DNA of 64,000 nt from positions 419,884 through 483,883 of the forward strand of contig CAWCFT010000001.1 in assembly GCA_963794945.1 (NCBI GenBank), written 5' to 3'. This DNA comes from Endomicrobiales bacterium. GTDB lineage: Bacteria > Elusimicrobiota > Endomicrobiia > Endomicrobiales > CAWCFT01. The notes under the pieces are model-generated. The model made no database searches and was not told the origin of the DNA. It saw nothing but the letters and a program-made list of their open reading frames with translations. The stretch's first letter is position 1, and the number at the start of each line of letters is the position of its first letter. The position numbers and the translations under genes are program-made. Below, piece by piece: positions 33,595-43,630 of the stretch.

Positions 33595-34415
33595 TGTTCA
33601 AGAGCCCATTTAGATCTATCCCCGCCAAAGTTGAGAATATTATAGAAGAAACATCTAATATTAAAACTTTTGTTCTTCGTCCGGAAGAGACAATTAATTT
33701 CTCAACAGGGCAATTCATCGAGCTCTCTCTGCCGGGCGTTGGTGAAGCGCCTTTTACACCCTCATCTTCGCCGTACAAAACAGAAACCATTGACGTCACT
33801 ATAATGAAAACTGGTAATTTAACGACCAAACTGCACGCTATGTCCGGCGGAGAAACAGTCGGGATACGCGGCCCTTATGGTAACGGTTATCCTGTTGAAA
33901 AGTTCTACGGAAAAGATGTGCTGATACTTGGAGGCGGCGTTGGTATGGCACCTTTGAGATCATTTCTTTTGACACTAATAGAACAAAAAGATAAATTTAA
34001 CAGGATCATTCTGTGTTACGGCTCTAAAACACCTGACGATATAGTTTATAAATACCTTTTTCCGGAATGGAAGAAGATAAAAATACTAGAGATACTCCAA
34101 AGCGTCGATAGGTGCCCTATAGGAAAATGGGACGCAACTGTTGGGATAGTCACTTGTTTGCTTGACCAGGTTAAGGTTGACCTGGCAAACGCCGTTGCCG
34201 TGGTTTGCGGACCGCCCATCATGATGAAGTTTGGTGCCATAAAGCTTACCGAGATAGGATTTAAGCCATCGGATATGTACCTTTCGATGGAGGCAAACAT
34301 GTCATGCGGGCTTGGGAAATGCGGCCATTGCCAGCTTGGGCCCCATTTCATATGCAAGGACGGGCCAGTATTCACGTACGAGCAGCTTAAACCTATCCCG
34401 GAACCGTTCGCTTAA
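33594..34415 (+). CDS. AsrB / sulfhydrogenase gamma-like FAD/NAD(P)-binding [2Fe-2S] subunit
   Basis: GQF....PGVGEAP, RGPYGNGYP, GGGVGMAPLRS, CGPPIMM, MSCGLGKCGHC......CKDGPVF. Confidence 0.9.
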   Translation: MFKSPFRSIPAKVENIIEETSNIKTFVLRPEETINFSTGQFIELSLPGVGEAPFTPSSSPYKTETIDVTIMKTGNLTTKLHAMSGGETVGIRGPYGNGYPVEKFYGKDVLILGGGVGMAPLRSFLLTLIEQKDKFNRIILCYGSKTPDDIVYKYLFPEWKKIKILEILQSVDRCPIGKWDATVGIVTCLLDQVKVDLANAVAVVCGPPIMMKFGAIKLTEIGFKPSDMYLSMEANMSCGLGKCGHCQLGPHFICKDGPVFTYEQLKPIPEPFA

Positions 34416-34432
34416 CACTGGAATTATTTTAA

Positions 34433-34909
34433 ATGAAAAAACTATTTATTGACCTTGAAATTTGTTACAAATGTAAAGAGTGCACGGCTGGATGCAGTTA
34501 CTATTATCACCCGGAAAACAAGGGGTATGTTCGCTGTCTGGCACTGGCCGGGCAGGAACACGTTTGCCGCAGGTGTGAAGAACCGCCATGCGTCAAGAGT
34601 TGTCCCCAGGAAGCACTCGAGAAAAGGTCCGACGGCATGCTCAACAGGTATTCTCTCAGGTGCACATCCTGCAAGACCTGCACCATGGCGTGCCCGTTCG
34701 GCGTTATTTACCCTCAGATAGTGGAATACAAGACAACTATGTGCGATTATTGCTTCGACAGGGCGGACGACAAGACTCCGCCTGTCTGCACAACGACGTG
34801 CCCGAAGAACGCTCTTCAATGGATAGAGGTTGAAGAAAACCCTTCCAAAGACATTTACGCCGTCAGGAACGGGGCTTTCTTCGTACACACTGTTAAATGG
34901 AATAAGTGA
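34433..34909 (+). CDS. Multi-[4Fe-4S] protein (HycB/HyfA/CooF-like)
   Basis: CYKCKEC...C, CRRCEEPPCVKSCP, CTSCKTCTMACPFG, CDYC........C...CP. Confidence 0.85.
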   Translation: MKKLFIDLEICYKCKECTAGCSYYYHPENKGYVRCLALAGQEHVCRRCEEPPCVKSCPQEALEKRSDGMLNRYSLRCTSCKTCTMACPFGVIYPQIVEYKTTMCDYCFDRADDKTPPVCTTTCPKNALQWIEVEENPSKDIYAVRNGAFFVHTVKWNK

Positions 34910-35820
34910 TGATAAACTATATATTTTATTACATTGTGTTTCCGGGGTTCCTGTTTCTGGCTTTGGCCGGTATGGTGCTCAGCTGGGTAGACAGAAAGGT
35001 AACGGCCAGGTTCCAGTGGCGCATGGGCCCGCCTTTCTTTCAGCCATTTTACGACCTGCGAAAGCTTTGCATAAAGGAATCCTTCAGCCCGGCAGGCGGT
35101 AACAGGCTTCTGTTCACGCTTGCGCCGCTAGTTTCGATTATTTCTATCGTAATAGTTTCAGATATAGTGCTGCTTACGTTCCTTGACACAAAGATCAGTT
35201 TCATCGGCGACCTTATCGTTGTATTGTATTTTTTTACAGCTATTCCTTTCGCCTCAATACTCGGTGCCTCTTCTTCTAACAATGCGTTCGCGTCACTCGG
35301 GGCAAGCCGCGAGATGAAATCAATATTATCGTACGAACTGCCGCTGCTCCTCTCAATACTTGTTCCAGTAGTCAAGTCAGGCAGTATATCCATAGGAAAG
35401 ATTGTCGAGATGCAGAATGCCTCAGGCTCTTTTGTGGGCAGCTTGTCCGGATTTATCGCTCTTGTTGTAGCAATGATGTGCCTGCAGGCAAAGATGGGGC
35501 TTGCGCCTTTTGATATAAGCGAAGCAGAGACAGAACTTGCTGCCGGAACCCTTATAGAATACTCAGGGCCGCTGCTGGCTATGTGGAAACTTGCGAAGAT
35601 GATGCTCTTTATTGTAGCTCCTGTGTTTATAGCAGTGATCTTTTGGGGTGGGGGACTTAAACCATTCCTGCTTCTAAAGTACGGCGCGCTCGCATTGTTT
35701 TTCATTGTTCTTAAGAACATAAACCCCAGGGTCAGGATAGACCAGTCGATACGCTTTTTCTGGGGCAGGATGTCAGCCGCGGCTGTGGTAGCTTTATTGC
35801 TAGCGGTCATTGGGCTATAA
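34906..35820 (+). CDS. Hydrogenase membrane anchor (NuoH/HycD/MbhM-like)
   Basis: DRKVTAR.Q.R.GPP..QP..D..KL, GASRE, PFDISEAETEL..G...EYSG. Confidence 0.92.
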   Translation: MMINYIFYYIVFPGFLFLALAGMVLSWVDRKVTARFQWRMGPPFFQPFYDLRKLCIKESFSPAGGNRLLFTLAPLVSIISIVIVSDIVLLTFLDTKISFIGDLIVVLYFFTAIPFASILGASSSNNAFASLGASREMKSILSYELPLLLSILVPVVKSGSISIGKIVEMQNASGSFVGSLSGFIALVVAMMCLQAKMGLAPFDISEAETELAAGTLIEYSGPLLAMWKLAKMMLFIVAPVFIAVIFWGGGLKPFLLLKYGALALFFIVLKNINPRVRIDQSIRFFWGRMSAAAVVALLLAVIGL

Positions 35821-35832
35821 CTTAAACTATAT

Positions 35833-36255
35833 ATGTCATTTATAACTAATGCCTTAACAAAATCCCTTTTTGTCTTTCACGCGGCTTGCAGCCCGTGTAA
35901 CAACTGCGACATTGAGATACTCGACCTGCTTACGCCGCGCTTTGACATTGAACGCCTCGGAATGCAGCTCGTTGGTTCGCCCCGGCATGCAGATGTCCTG
36001 CTTGTTACCGGCGCCGTAAACAAAAAGGTAGTGTCTAGGATAAAAAGGCTTTATGAACAGACTCCAAAACCCTGCGTTGTCGTAGCTATGGGTGGCTGTG
36101 CTTGTTCGGAGATAATTTTCCGTGACTCGTACAACACCTGCGGACCCCTTGACAGGATCATACCGGTCGATATTTACATACCCGGCTGCCCACCGCGGCC
36201 GGAAGCTATGATCGCTGGTCTTTCTAAACTTATAACGAAGCTTAAACAAAAGTGA
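35833..36255 (+). CDS. [NiFe]-hydrogenase small subunit (NuoB/MbhJ-like)
   Basis: CNNCDIE, SPRHADVLLVTG, GGCA, IPGCPPRPE. Confidence 0.93.
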   Translation: MSFITNALTKSLFVFHAACSPCNNCDIEILDLLTPRFDIERLGMQLVGSPRHADVLLVTGAVNKKVVSRIKRLYEQTPKPCVVVAMGGCACSEIIFRDSYNTCGPLDRIIPVDIYIPGCPPRPEAMIAGLSKLITKLKQK

Positions 36256-36692
36256 ACACTATGAAAACATCAGAACAGATAAGAACCAAATTCGAGAAAA
36301 TGATCTTAACATGGGATGATAAGAACCCCAAAAGGGTTTATTTCCGGATATCGCCCGAGAGTATCAGAGAGGTCACGCAGTTTATAGTGGAAGAGCTCAG
36401 TTTGCGTTTCATAATCGCAAGCGGAACGGATACGCGAAGAGATATCGAGATACTCTACCATTTCGCAGACGATAACACCGGAGTTATATATTCGGCAAGG
36501 GTAATTCTTGCAAACAAAAAAAACCCCAGGATAGCGTCCATAGCCGACCTTTTCATCGGGTCAATGTGGATAGAACGTGAGATACATGAGCTCCTGGGAG
36601 TCACATTCATCGGCAACGAAGACATGAAACATCTGCTGCTTAACGATGACTGGCCCAAGAACAATTTCCCATTGAGGCACGACAATGACTGA
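36252..36692 (+). CDS. NuoC/MbhK-like subunit
   Basis: LYHF, SI.......W.EREI.EL.G..F.G, DW....FPLR. Confidence 0.88.
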   Translation: MNTMKTSEQIRTKFEKMILTWDDKNPKRVYFRISPESIREVTQFIVEELSLRFIIASGTDTRRDIEILYHFADDNTGVIYSARVILANKKNPRIASIADLFIGSMWIEREIHELLGVTFIGNEDMKHLLLNDDWPKNNFPLRHDND

Positions 36693-37887
36693 TAACAATA
36701 AATGTTTTATACCCATAGGGCCTTACCATCCGCTTCAGGAAGAACCTGAGTTTTTCAGGCTGCACGTTGAAGGGGAAAAAGTAGTCGGCATAGATATAGA
36801 GCTTGGTTACAACCACCGCGGGATTGAGAAACTTTCAGAAGCCAAACACTTTGACCAGGGCATATTCCTCGTTGAACGCATTTGCGGTATCTGTTCGACG
36901 TCTCATCCTTTCGCTTTCGTTAACGCAGTCGAAGACCTTGCCGGCATATCAATACCGGAGCGCGCCAAATATATCCGTACGATTGTGGGAGAGCTCGAGA
37001 GGATCCACTCACATCTCCTTTGGCTCGGCCTCGCTGGACACTTCATGGGCTACAACACTATCTGGATGTGGTCCTGGAAATACCGCGAACCCATACTGGA
37101 CATTTTCGAGAAGATATCTGGCAACCGCCAGCACTACGCAATGATGGAAATAGGCGGCGTGCGGCGCGATATAGAATCCGGCGACATACCTTGGATCGAG
37201 AAATCACTTGGCGTTCTCAATAAAGGGCTGGACATGTTCAGGGGCGCCATCATGGATGACCCCGTTATACAGGCGAGGACTAAAGGCGTAGGCGTTCTTA
37301 CACCGGAAGACATAAGGAACTACTGCGCTGTCGGCCCGCTCGCGAGGGCGTCCGGCATAAACATAGACACCCGCAGGGACGCGCCGTACGCGGCATACGG
37401 CATGGTTGATTGGAAAGTCCAGACCTACGAAGGCGGAGACATATTCGCGAAAGCCGTTGTCAGAATACTCGAGATGCAGGAATCTATCAAGATCATATAC
37501 CAGTGCCTTACTAGGCTTAAGACCGAAAAAGGCCCGTTCGCCGTATCGGTAAAAGAAGTCCCGGCTGGCGAGGGAATAGGCAGGCATGAAGCGCCGCGCG
37601 GGGAGTGTTTCCATTATGTAAAAAGCGACAAGACCAACCGCCCGGTACGCCATAAAGTGCGCGCCCCGTCATTCGTGAATGTAGCGACGAACCAGAAGGC
37701 TGTTGTCGGCTACCACATATCGGACGCTTTGCTTGTACTGGCGGCGGTAGACCCATGTTACTGCTGCACGGAACGGGTAGCCGTTGTAGACGATCATACT
37801 TCAAAAACTATTTACTCGGGAAACGACCTTGTAAAGCTTTCACAAAATAGGACAAAGATGCTGAGGAAACAAATCCTAGGAAAATAA
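36685..37887 (+). CDS. Group 4 [NiFe]-hydrogenase large subunit (probably 4g/Mbh-related)
   Basis: GPYHP..EEP, L1 ERICGICSTSH, EAPRGE, L2 DPCYCCTER; all four metal-ligating Cys present. Confidence 0.93.
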   Translation: MTDNNKCFIPIGPYHPLQEEPEFFRLHVEGEKVVGIDIELGYNHRGIEKLSEAKHFDQGIFLVERICGICSTSHPFAFVNAVEDLAGISIPERAKYIRTIVGELERIHSHLLWLGLAGHFMGYNTIWMWSWKYREPILDIFEKISGNRQHYAMMEIGGVRRDIESGDIPWIEKSLGVLNKGLDMFRGAIMDDPVIQARTKGVGVLTPEDIRNYCAVGPLARASGINIDTRRDAPYAAYGMVDWKVQTYEGGDIFAKAVVRILEMQESIKIIYQCLTRLKTEKGPFAVSVKEVPAGEGIGRHEAPRGECFHYVKSDKTNRPVRHKVRAPSFVNVATNQKAVVGYHISDALLVLAAVDPCYCCTERVAVVDDHTSKTIYSGNDLVKLSQNRTKMLRKQILGK

Positions 37888-39711
37888 ATGCTCGAATACG
37901 CTGTCTACATCATTTTTCTAATAGGGCTTTTGTGCATGATTGTGCCAAAGAGGTTCCGCTCGCTGATCAGGGCCATTGCACTTATCGGCGCGTCGCTCAC
38001 TTTTTTATACGGTGTTTTAAATTTCATCTCGCCGACATATGAAACTGTTTCGAGCTTCTTTTCTTATAACTCGTTCAACGGGTTCATAACTCTTGCCTGC
38101 ACATTTTTCTGCTTTTGCATAGTATGTTTTTCTATCAATTACGCCGAGTTCATTCCAGAAATAAACCTATATTACGGGCTCATATTTTGGTGCGTGAGCT
38201 TTTCTTTGTTCGCGGTTTACAGCGCGAACCTTGTGGCGCTCCTCGTTTTCTGGGGACTCTCCGGCATGGCGTTGTACCTTCTTGCGAACCTTATGCCGCA
38301 GGCATCCAATGCGGCCAAGAAATCATTTATATTTGTTGGCGGGTCAGACGCTTTCCTTGTGCTTGGGATCGCAATACTTTGGATGCTTACAGGATCGTTC
38401 GATATATTCAACATTCGCATCAGGCTCGCGGACGGTTCGGCCCTTGCAAAGGTTTCGTTCATATGTTTCTCCATTGCAGCCCTCACTAAAGCCGGAGCGA
38501 TGCCGTTCCACAGCTGGATACCTGATTTTGCCGAAAACGTACCTATGACGCTTACGGCGTTCCTTCCGGCCGCGCTGGATAAACTGCTTGGTATCTTCCT
38601 GCTTGTGCTTGTAACGAACAGGCTTTTTATACTCGATGCCCCTATGTCATTATTGCTTCTCATAGTAGCTTCTATAACGATCATAACGGCGGTTTGCATG
38701 GCTATGGTTCAGAGCAATATCAAACGAATGCTCGCTTATTGCGCCGTTTCCCAGGTTGGCTATATTATTCTCGGTATAGCTTCAGGCACGCCGCTCGGTA
38801 TAGCAGGCGGTATGTTCCACATGCTAAACCATGCGGTTTACAAAAGCGGGCTTTTTCTTACCGGAGCTTCTATAGAGCACCGCAACGGAACTACGTCGCT
38901 GTCAAAGCTTGGAGGCCTCTCAAAGTTCATGCCGATTACGTTCGGAGTAGCTCTCGTTACCGGATTTGCCATGTCAGGCATACCTCCTTTCAGCGCTTTC
39001 GCCTCCAAGTGGATGATATACCAATCGCTAATTCAGCAATATTTAAACCCGGCGCTTCCGATAACCGAGAAGATGCTTTTCCTTCTGTTCCTGATCACCG
39101 CGATGTTCGGGTCGGCCATGACGTTGGCGGTCTTCGCGAAATTTATACACTCTGTTTTCCTTGGCCAGCCTTCGGAATCTCCTCAGACACCGGCGGCTGA
39201 AATTAAGGAAGTAAAACTGCCTATGCTTATACCAATGATCCTGCTTGCATTCTTAAGCATTTTGTTCGGCGTTCTGCCTAATTCTATCCCTCTCAAACTC
39301 TTTATTTATCCCAGCCTAGAATCGCTCAATATACCTGTGCCTAAATTCATTGGCCTTTGGCAGCCGGGCACTGCTACGGCTCTTATAGTAGGCGCCCTGT
39401 TTATCGGCATTTTAATATTTCTCGCCGGCAACATCACGTTCAAGACAGACAAGCCGTTCATGGGAGGCGAAGACCTTCCGCCTGATGCAAAGGCTTCCGG
39501 CCCGGAATTTTACAAAACCATCACGGATATGTGGTTCTTTAATAAGGTTTACGGTTTCGCCGAAAAAAAGTATTTTGACATTTATGACCAGATAACAAAG
39601 CTTGTTCTTGGGCTCGGGCGGTTTCTTTCGTTCGTCCACACCGGAAGCCTGCACACGTACTTGCTGTTGTTCCTGCTGGGTTTCGCAACTATAATTTTGG
39701 CCTTGAGGTAA
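37888..39711 (+). CDS. NuoL/MrpA-like antiporter-type subunit with lateral helix
   Basis: TKAGAMPFHSWIPD, DKLLG, SQVGY, HA.YK..LFL, G.PP...F.SKW, C-terminal HTGSLHTY. Confidence 0.88.
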   Translation: MLEYAVYIIFLIGLLCMIVPKRFRSLIRAIALIGASLTFLYGVLNFISPTYETVSSFFSYNSFNGFITLACTFFCFCIVCFSINYAEFIPEINLYYGLIFWCVSFSLFAVYSANLVALLVFWGLSGMALYLLANLMPQASNAAKKSFIFVGGSDAFLVLGIAILWMLTGSFDIFNIRIRLADGSALAKVSFICFSIAALTKAGAMPFHSWIPDFAENVPMTLTAFLPAALDKLLGIFLLVLVTNRLFILDAPMSLLLLIVASITIITAVCMAMVQSNIKRMLAYCAVSQVGYIILGIASGTPLGIAGGMFHMLNHAVYKSGLFLTGASIEHRNGTTSLSKLGGLSKFMPITFGVALVTGFAMSGIPPFSAFASKWMIYQSLIQQYLNPALPITEKMLFLLFLITAMFGSAMTLAVFAKFIHSVFLGQPSESPQTPAAEIKEVKLPMLIPMILLAFLSILFGVLPNSIPLKLFIYPSLESLNIPVPKFIGLWQPGTATALIVGALFIGILIFLAGNITFKTDKPFMGGEDLPPDAKASGPEFYKTITDMWFFNKVYGFAEKKYFDIYDQITKLVLGLGRFLSFVHTGSLHTYLLLFLLGFATIILALR

Positions 39712-39718
39712 GGGATTA

Positions 39719-40225
39719 ATGCTTTCGATACAGATATTGATACTATTTATGATAGCTGCCGCGCTTATGGCCGTAGAAACGAAGGATTTTTTCGCTTCTA
39801 TTATCGCCCTTGGTGTCATGGGACTTGAGTTGTGCCTTGTTTTTCTTCTTTTGAAAGCACCTGACCTTGCCATAATCACTCTTGTGCTTGAGATTCTGGC
39901 TTTGGCGGTGTTCGCCAAAGCTATAGCCTCTCACAACCCCAAGCCTATGGGTGACCTGGATATATTTTCGCTACTAACATTCGCCGCTTTTGCCGTGCTT
40001 TTTACGTTGATCTGCGTTAAGGTCTTTAACGAGCTTCCTTCCTTCGGCTTGCCTTTGATGAAACTCGGCGATGATTACGCCGCCGGGTCAATGCAGAACA
40101 CAGGAGCCGCAAATGAAGTATCCGCAATAGCCTTCAATTTCCGAGGTTTCGACTCACTCATAGCCCTTATGGTGCTTTTACTTACGGCTATGGGAGTATT
40201 TCATATAATGAGGAAAAAAGAATGA
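39719..40225 (+). CDS. MbhD/E-like subunit (DUF4040 + MrpA C-terminal part)
   Basis: LKAPDLAI, TGAAN.VSAI..NFRGFD. Confidence 0.8.
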   Translation: MLSIQILILFMIAAALMAVETKDFFASIIALGVMGLELCLVFLLLKAPDLAIITLVLEILALAVFAKAIASHNPKPMGDLDIFSLLTFAAFAVLFTLICVKVFNELPSFGLPLMKLGDDYAAGSMQNTGAANEVSAIAFNFRGFDSLIALMVLLLTAMGVFHIMRKKE

Positions 40226-40659
40226 GCATCAAAACCGGCCTCTTTAAGGCGATTGCAAAACTATATTTCGCCTCCAATCTCATGTTCGGTTTCTACCTTA
40301 TGTCTCACGGGCATATCAGCCACGGAGCTGGGTTTGCGGGCGGAGTAATGATCGCACTAGGTTTTTTGTTCGCTTTTGCCATGCATGGCAAAGATGATGC
40401 GTCCATAATAGTCAATCTAGCCAACGCAAAGCTCACTATGCTGTCCGGCGGAACGCTATTCCTTTTGGTATCTGTTCTAGGCTATTTGTATGGCAAAGGA
40501 TTTATGTGCAATTTTCTGGACCTTGGCAAACCATTCTCTATATTCAGCGCCGGCATAACAGCTATCTATAATATCATCCTGTGCTTTGGGACAGTAGGGT
40601 GCATGCTTTACATCTATTTAAGTTTTTTTAGTTCAGACACTGACAAACAAGGAAAATAG
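40222..40659 (+). CDS. MrpB/MnhB-like subunit
   Basis: HGH.S.G.GFAGG, SAG.....N. Confidence 0.82.
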   Translation: MSIKTGLFKAIAKLYFASNLMFGFYLMSHGHISHGAGFAGGVMIALGFLFAFAMHGKDDASIIVNLANAKLTMLSGGTLFLLVSVLGYLYGKGFMCNFLDLGKPFSIFSAGITAIYNIILCFGTVGCMLYIYLSFFSSDTDKQGK

Positions 40660-40661
40660 TC

Positions 40662-40997
40662 ATGGAATTCACATTGAGTGTCGTGCTGTTCTGCGTTGGA
40701 TTATACGCTGTAATAGCAAAAAGGAACCTTATAAAAACTATCATTGGCGTCGCGGTGATGGGGTATTCAATAAACCTTATGCTTATTTTGGCGGGTTACA
40801 GAGTGCACTCAGGCATTCCTATACTGTCTAACGAGTCATTACAGATGCCGGGTGTCGACCCTCTTGCCCAGGCAATGGTCCTTGTGTCAGTTGTGTTAGG
40901 ACTTTCGATAACACTGCTTCTGACGGCTTTATCTATCAAACTATATGAGCGCTACGGAACATTCGACTTGACGGAAATTAAGAAACTCAAAGGATAA
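40662..40997 (+). CDS. MrpC/MnhC-like subunit
   Basis: GLY.....NLIK.IIG, DPL.QAMVL...V.G, YGT.D. Confidence 0.9.
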   Translation: MEFTLSVVLFCVGLYAVIAKRNLIKTIIGVAVMGYSINLMLILAGYRVHSGIPILSNESLQMPGVDPLAQAMVLVSVVLGLSITLLLTALSIKLYERYGTFDLTEIKKLKG

Positions 40998-40998
40998 C

Positions 40999-42477
40999 AT
41001 GCTACCGCTATTTATACTGATCCCTCTCATATCTGCCTTACTGCTTGCCTCTCTCGGCAAGACCAGCAAACGGCTGGCTGACGCTGTTGCGCTCGTTTCA
41101 ACCCTTGCGCTTTGCCTTCTTTCGGTACTGGTTTTGGTGGCGGTTATTTCTAAAGGGGCCGTTTCTTATAACATAGGAGGCTGGCAGCTGCCGCTTGGCA
41201 TAACCCTCAACTGCGACGGCCTGAGCGTCTTTTTCCTTGTGACCGTAAACTGCCTGGCCTTCTTAATTTCGATGTACTCTATTGACTACATTGAGAATAC
41301 GAGCGGTAAGCTAAAATACTATTTCTTCTTCATGATGCTTATTGCCGGATTGAACGGCGTCATGCTTACCGGCGATTTCTTCTCCCTGTTCGTACTGATA
41401 GAGTTCTCCTCTATCTCTGCCTACATTCTCACTTCATTTGAAAAGAAGGACGAAAGCTATGAAGCCTCGTTTAAGTACGCGGTGCTGGGTTCGGTCTCGT
41501 CTTTGCTCATAATATTCGCTATAGCCCTGATATATTTCAAGACATCTTCATTAAGCTTCCATGACGTTTCCAGGTCTCTTGCCGGCAATGGACTCTCAGC
41601 TTTCTCTATGCTGATAACGGTGCTACTGCTCGTAGGATTCGGGCTTAAAATGGCCCTCGTCCCGTTCCACACTTGGGCGCCTGACGCATACTCAAGCGCT
41701 CCATCATCTGTTTCCGCCATGTTCTCCGGAGCAGTGGGAAAAGTGCTCGGCATATATCTTTTCTTAAGAATATTTTTCAACGTCATCGGCAGCACGCCTG
41801 CCATGCTTAACCTCACTGCCGTTTTTGGCGTCACATCTATTATAGTGGGTGTAACGCTTGCCTTGTACCAGTGGGACATCAAGAGGCTACTTTCGTACCA
41901 TTCTATCAGCCAGATAGGCTACATAATGCTTGGCATAGGCCTCGGAACGCCGCTCGGCATATTCGGCGGGCTCTTCCATCTCATAAACCATACGGCTTTC
42001 AAATCTCTTTTGTTCCTTAATGCTGGTTCCATAGAGCGACAGGCCGGATCCACCAATCTCAAGGAGCTCGGCGGACTATCAAAGAAAATGCCGGTGACCG
42101 GTTCAACATCAATGGTCGCGTCACTTTCGATCTCCGGCGTGCCGCCTTTCAACGGCTTCTGGAGCAAGCTTTTGATAATTATCGCGTGCATCAGCGCGCA
42201 CAGCTACTGGTTCGCGCTCTGCGCAGTGATAGGCAGCATCTTGACCCTGTCTTCCTTTATGAAGGTCCAGCGCTACGCATTTTATGGGTATCTTAAAGAC
42301 ATTATGTCTGATGTTAAGGAGTCGCCGGCCTTCATGACGATCCCTATGATAATTCTTTCTATATTCTGTATTTTTATGGGCATATTACTTTTGCCTGGCA
42401 TTGATTCGAACTTTCTTGGCGTGGCTCTTAACGTGATCGAACGCGGCACCGGGTATTTCGCGATAGGGCCTCATTGA
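40999..42477 (+). CDS. MrpD/MbhH (NuoN/M-like) antiporter-type subunit
   Basis: D.F.LFV..E, EA.FKY, LKMALVPFHTW.PDAY, KRLLSYHSISQIGY, PPFNGFWSK. Confidence 0.92.
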   Translation: MLPLFILIPLISALLLASLGKTSKRLADAVALVSTLALCLLSVLVLVAVISKGAVSYNIGGWQLPLGITLNCDGLSVFFLVTVNCLAFLISMYSIDYIENTSGKLKYYFFFMMLIAGLNGVMLTGDFFSLFVLIEFSSISAYILTSFEKKDESYEASFKYAVLGSVSSLLIIFAIALIYFKTSSLSFHDVSRSLAGNGLSAFSMLITVLLLVGFGLKMALVPFHTWAPDAYSSAPSSVSAMFSGAVGKVLGIYLFLRIFFNVIGSTPAMLNLTAVFGVTSIIVGVTLALYQWDIKRLLSYHSISQIGYIMLGIGLGTPLGIFGGLFHLINHTAFKSLLFLNAGSIERQAGSTNLKELGGLSKKMPVTGSTSMVASLSISGVPPFNGFWSKLLIIIACISAHSYWFALCAVIGSILTLSSFMKVQRYAFYGYLKDIMSDVKESPAFMTIPMIILSIFCIFMGILLLPGIDSNFLGVALNVIERGTGYFAIGPH

Positions 42478-42487
42478 AGGATCAAAT

Positions 42488-42979
42488 ATGAAGAACAAAC
42501 TAATATTCTTTCTGTCGCTTCTCGCTTTATGGCTGGTTTTGTCCTGGTCCGTAAGCATGGACGAGCTTTTCGCCGGTTTTATTTTCTCTGCGCTAACGGT
42601 CTTTATCTCAGATAAGATTTTTGGCGCCGGGCCGGACAATGCTAACCCGTTTAGGTATCTTTGGTTTGTCGTGTATTTCTTAGCGCTGTTGTGGGATATT
42701 ATGCGTTCATGCGCAGATGCGCTATACAGGCTCATCCATCCGGCGCTTATATCGAAACCCAGAATACTTGATATCAAAACTACCTTGCGCAACGATACAG
42801 CGATAGGCTTGCTTTCAGGAACGCTGTCGCTTATGCCGGGCACTTTGACGGTAGATTTTAACAGCCAGAATAATGTGTTTCATGTTTATTGCCTTGTTGG
42901 AATGACACCAACTTACTCAAGTGTGATCGAGCTTTTGATTTTTAAATACGAGAACATACTTAAGAAGGTGTACGCATGA
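42488..42979 (+). CDS. MrpE/MnhE-like subunit
   Basis: LW..LS, HP...I.P.I, LSL.PGTLTVD. Confidence 0.88.
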   Translation: MKNKLIFFLSLLALWLVLSWSVSMDELFAGFIFSALTVFISDKIFGAGPDNANPFRYLWFVVYFLALLWDIMRSCADALYRLIHPALISKPRILDIKTTLRNDTAIGLLSGTLSLMPGTLTVDFNSQNNVFHVYCLVGMTPTYSSVIELLIFKYENILKKVYA

Positions 42980-43311
42980 AAATATTTCGCTACATTATAG
43001 GCTTAATTGCAGTGCTGTCACTGCTCGGCTGTGACATATATTTCGGCAACACAATGCTCAGCCGGTTATTCTATCTGTTGATAGCTTCATGCTTGTTCGC
43101 CCTTTTGCGGCTTGCGATCGGCGCAACTAACCACGATAGGCTTCTCGCATTCAAGGCGGTCAGCATCACGCTTGTAGGTTTCTGCGTTATACTCGCGATT
43201 GCTCAAAAAAAGGACCTTTATATCGATATAGCCATTGCCTGGACGCTGCAGTCGTATATAGTGTCGTTTTTCTTAAGCAGATACCTGGGCGGAGGGAATA
43301 CTGATGATTAA
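42976..43311 (+). CDS. MrpF/MnhF-like subunit
   Basis: RL..G.T..DR.LA, YIDIAI. Confidence 0.8.
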   Translation: MKIFRYIIGLIAVLSLLGCDIYFGNTMLSRLFYLLIASCLFALLRLAIGATNHDRLLAFKAVSITLVGFCVILAIAQKKDLYIDIAIAWTLQSYIVSFFLSRYLGGGNTDD

Positions 43312-43630
43312 CTATATCGGCTTCACCTTCACCACGCTTGGCGCGCTATTCATATTCCTCGCTGTACTATCAGTTCTACGTTTCCATGATTTTTATTCAA
43401 GGCTTAACGCGTTCGTAAAGTTCGCCGCGTTCGGAACTTTCTGCCTTATGCTGGGAGTTCTTATATTTTGCGGTTTTTCAGCGGTGGGGATAAAAGCCAT
43501 TCTCTGCATCGCAGTAGTAGTCTTGACCCTGCCTGCCGAAGCTCAACTGCTTATGCGTTCCGCAAGAAAAACGGGTATAAAAATGCCCGGCGAACTTGAC
43601 AGCCAGGACCAAGGGAAAGGTTTTAAATGA
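43304..43630 (+). CDS. MrpG/MnhG-like subunit
   Basis: RF.DFYSRL.A..K....G, LT.P.......R.A. Confidence 0.85.
   Translation: MINYIGFTFTTLGALFIFLAVLSVLRFHDFYSRLNAFVKFAAFGTFCLMLGVLIFCGFSAVGIKAILCIAVVVLTLPAEAQLLMRSARKTGIKMPGELDSQDQGKGFK

Noticed and set aside
32590..34415. Anaerobic sulfite reductase
   Set aside because: No siroheme AsrC subunit in the window
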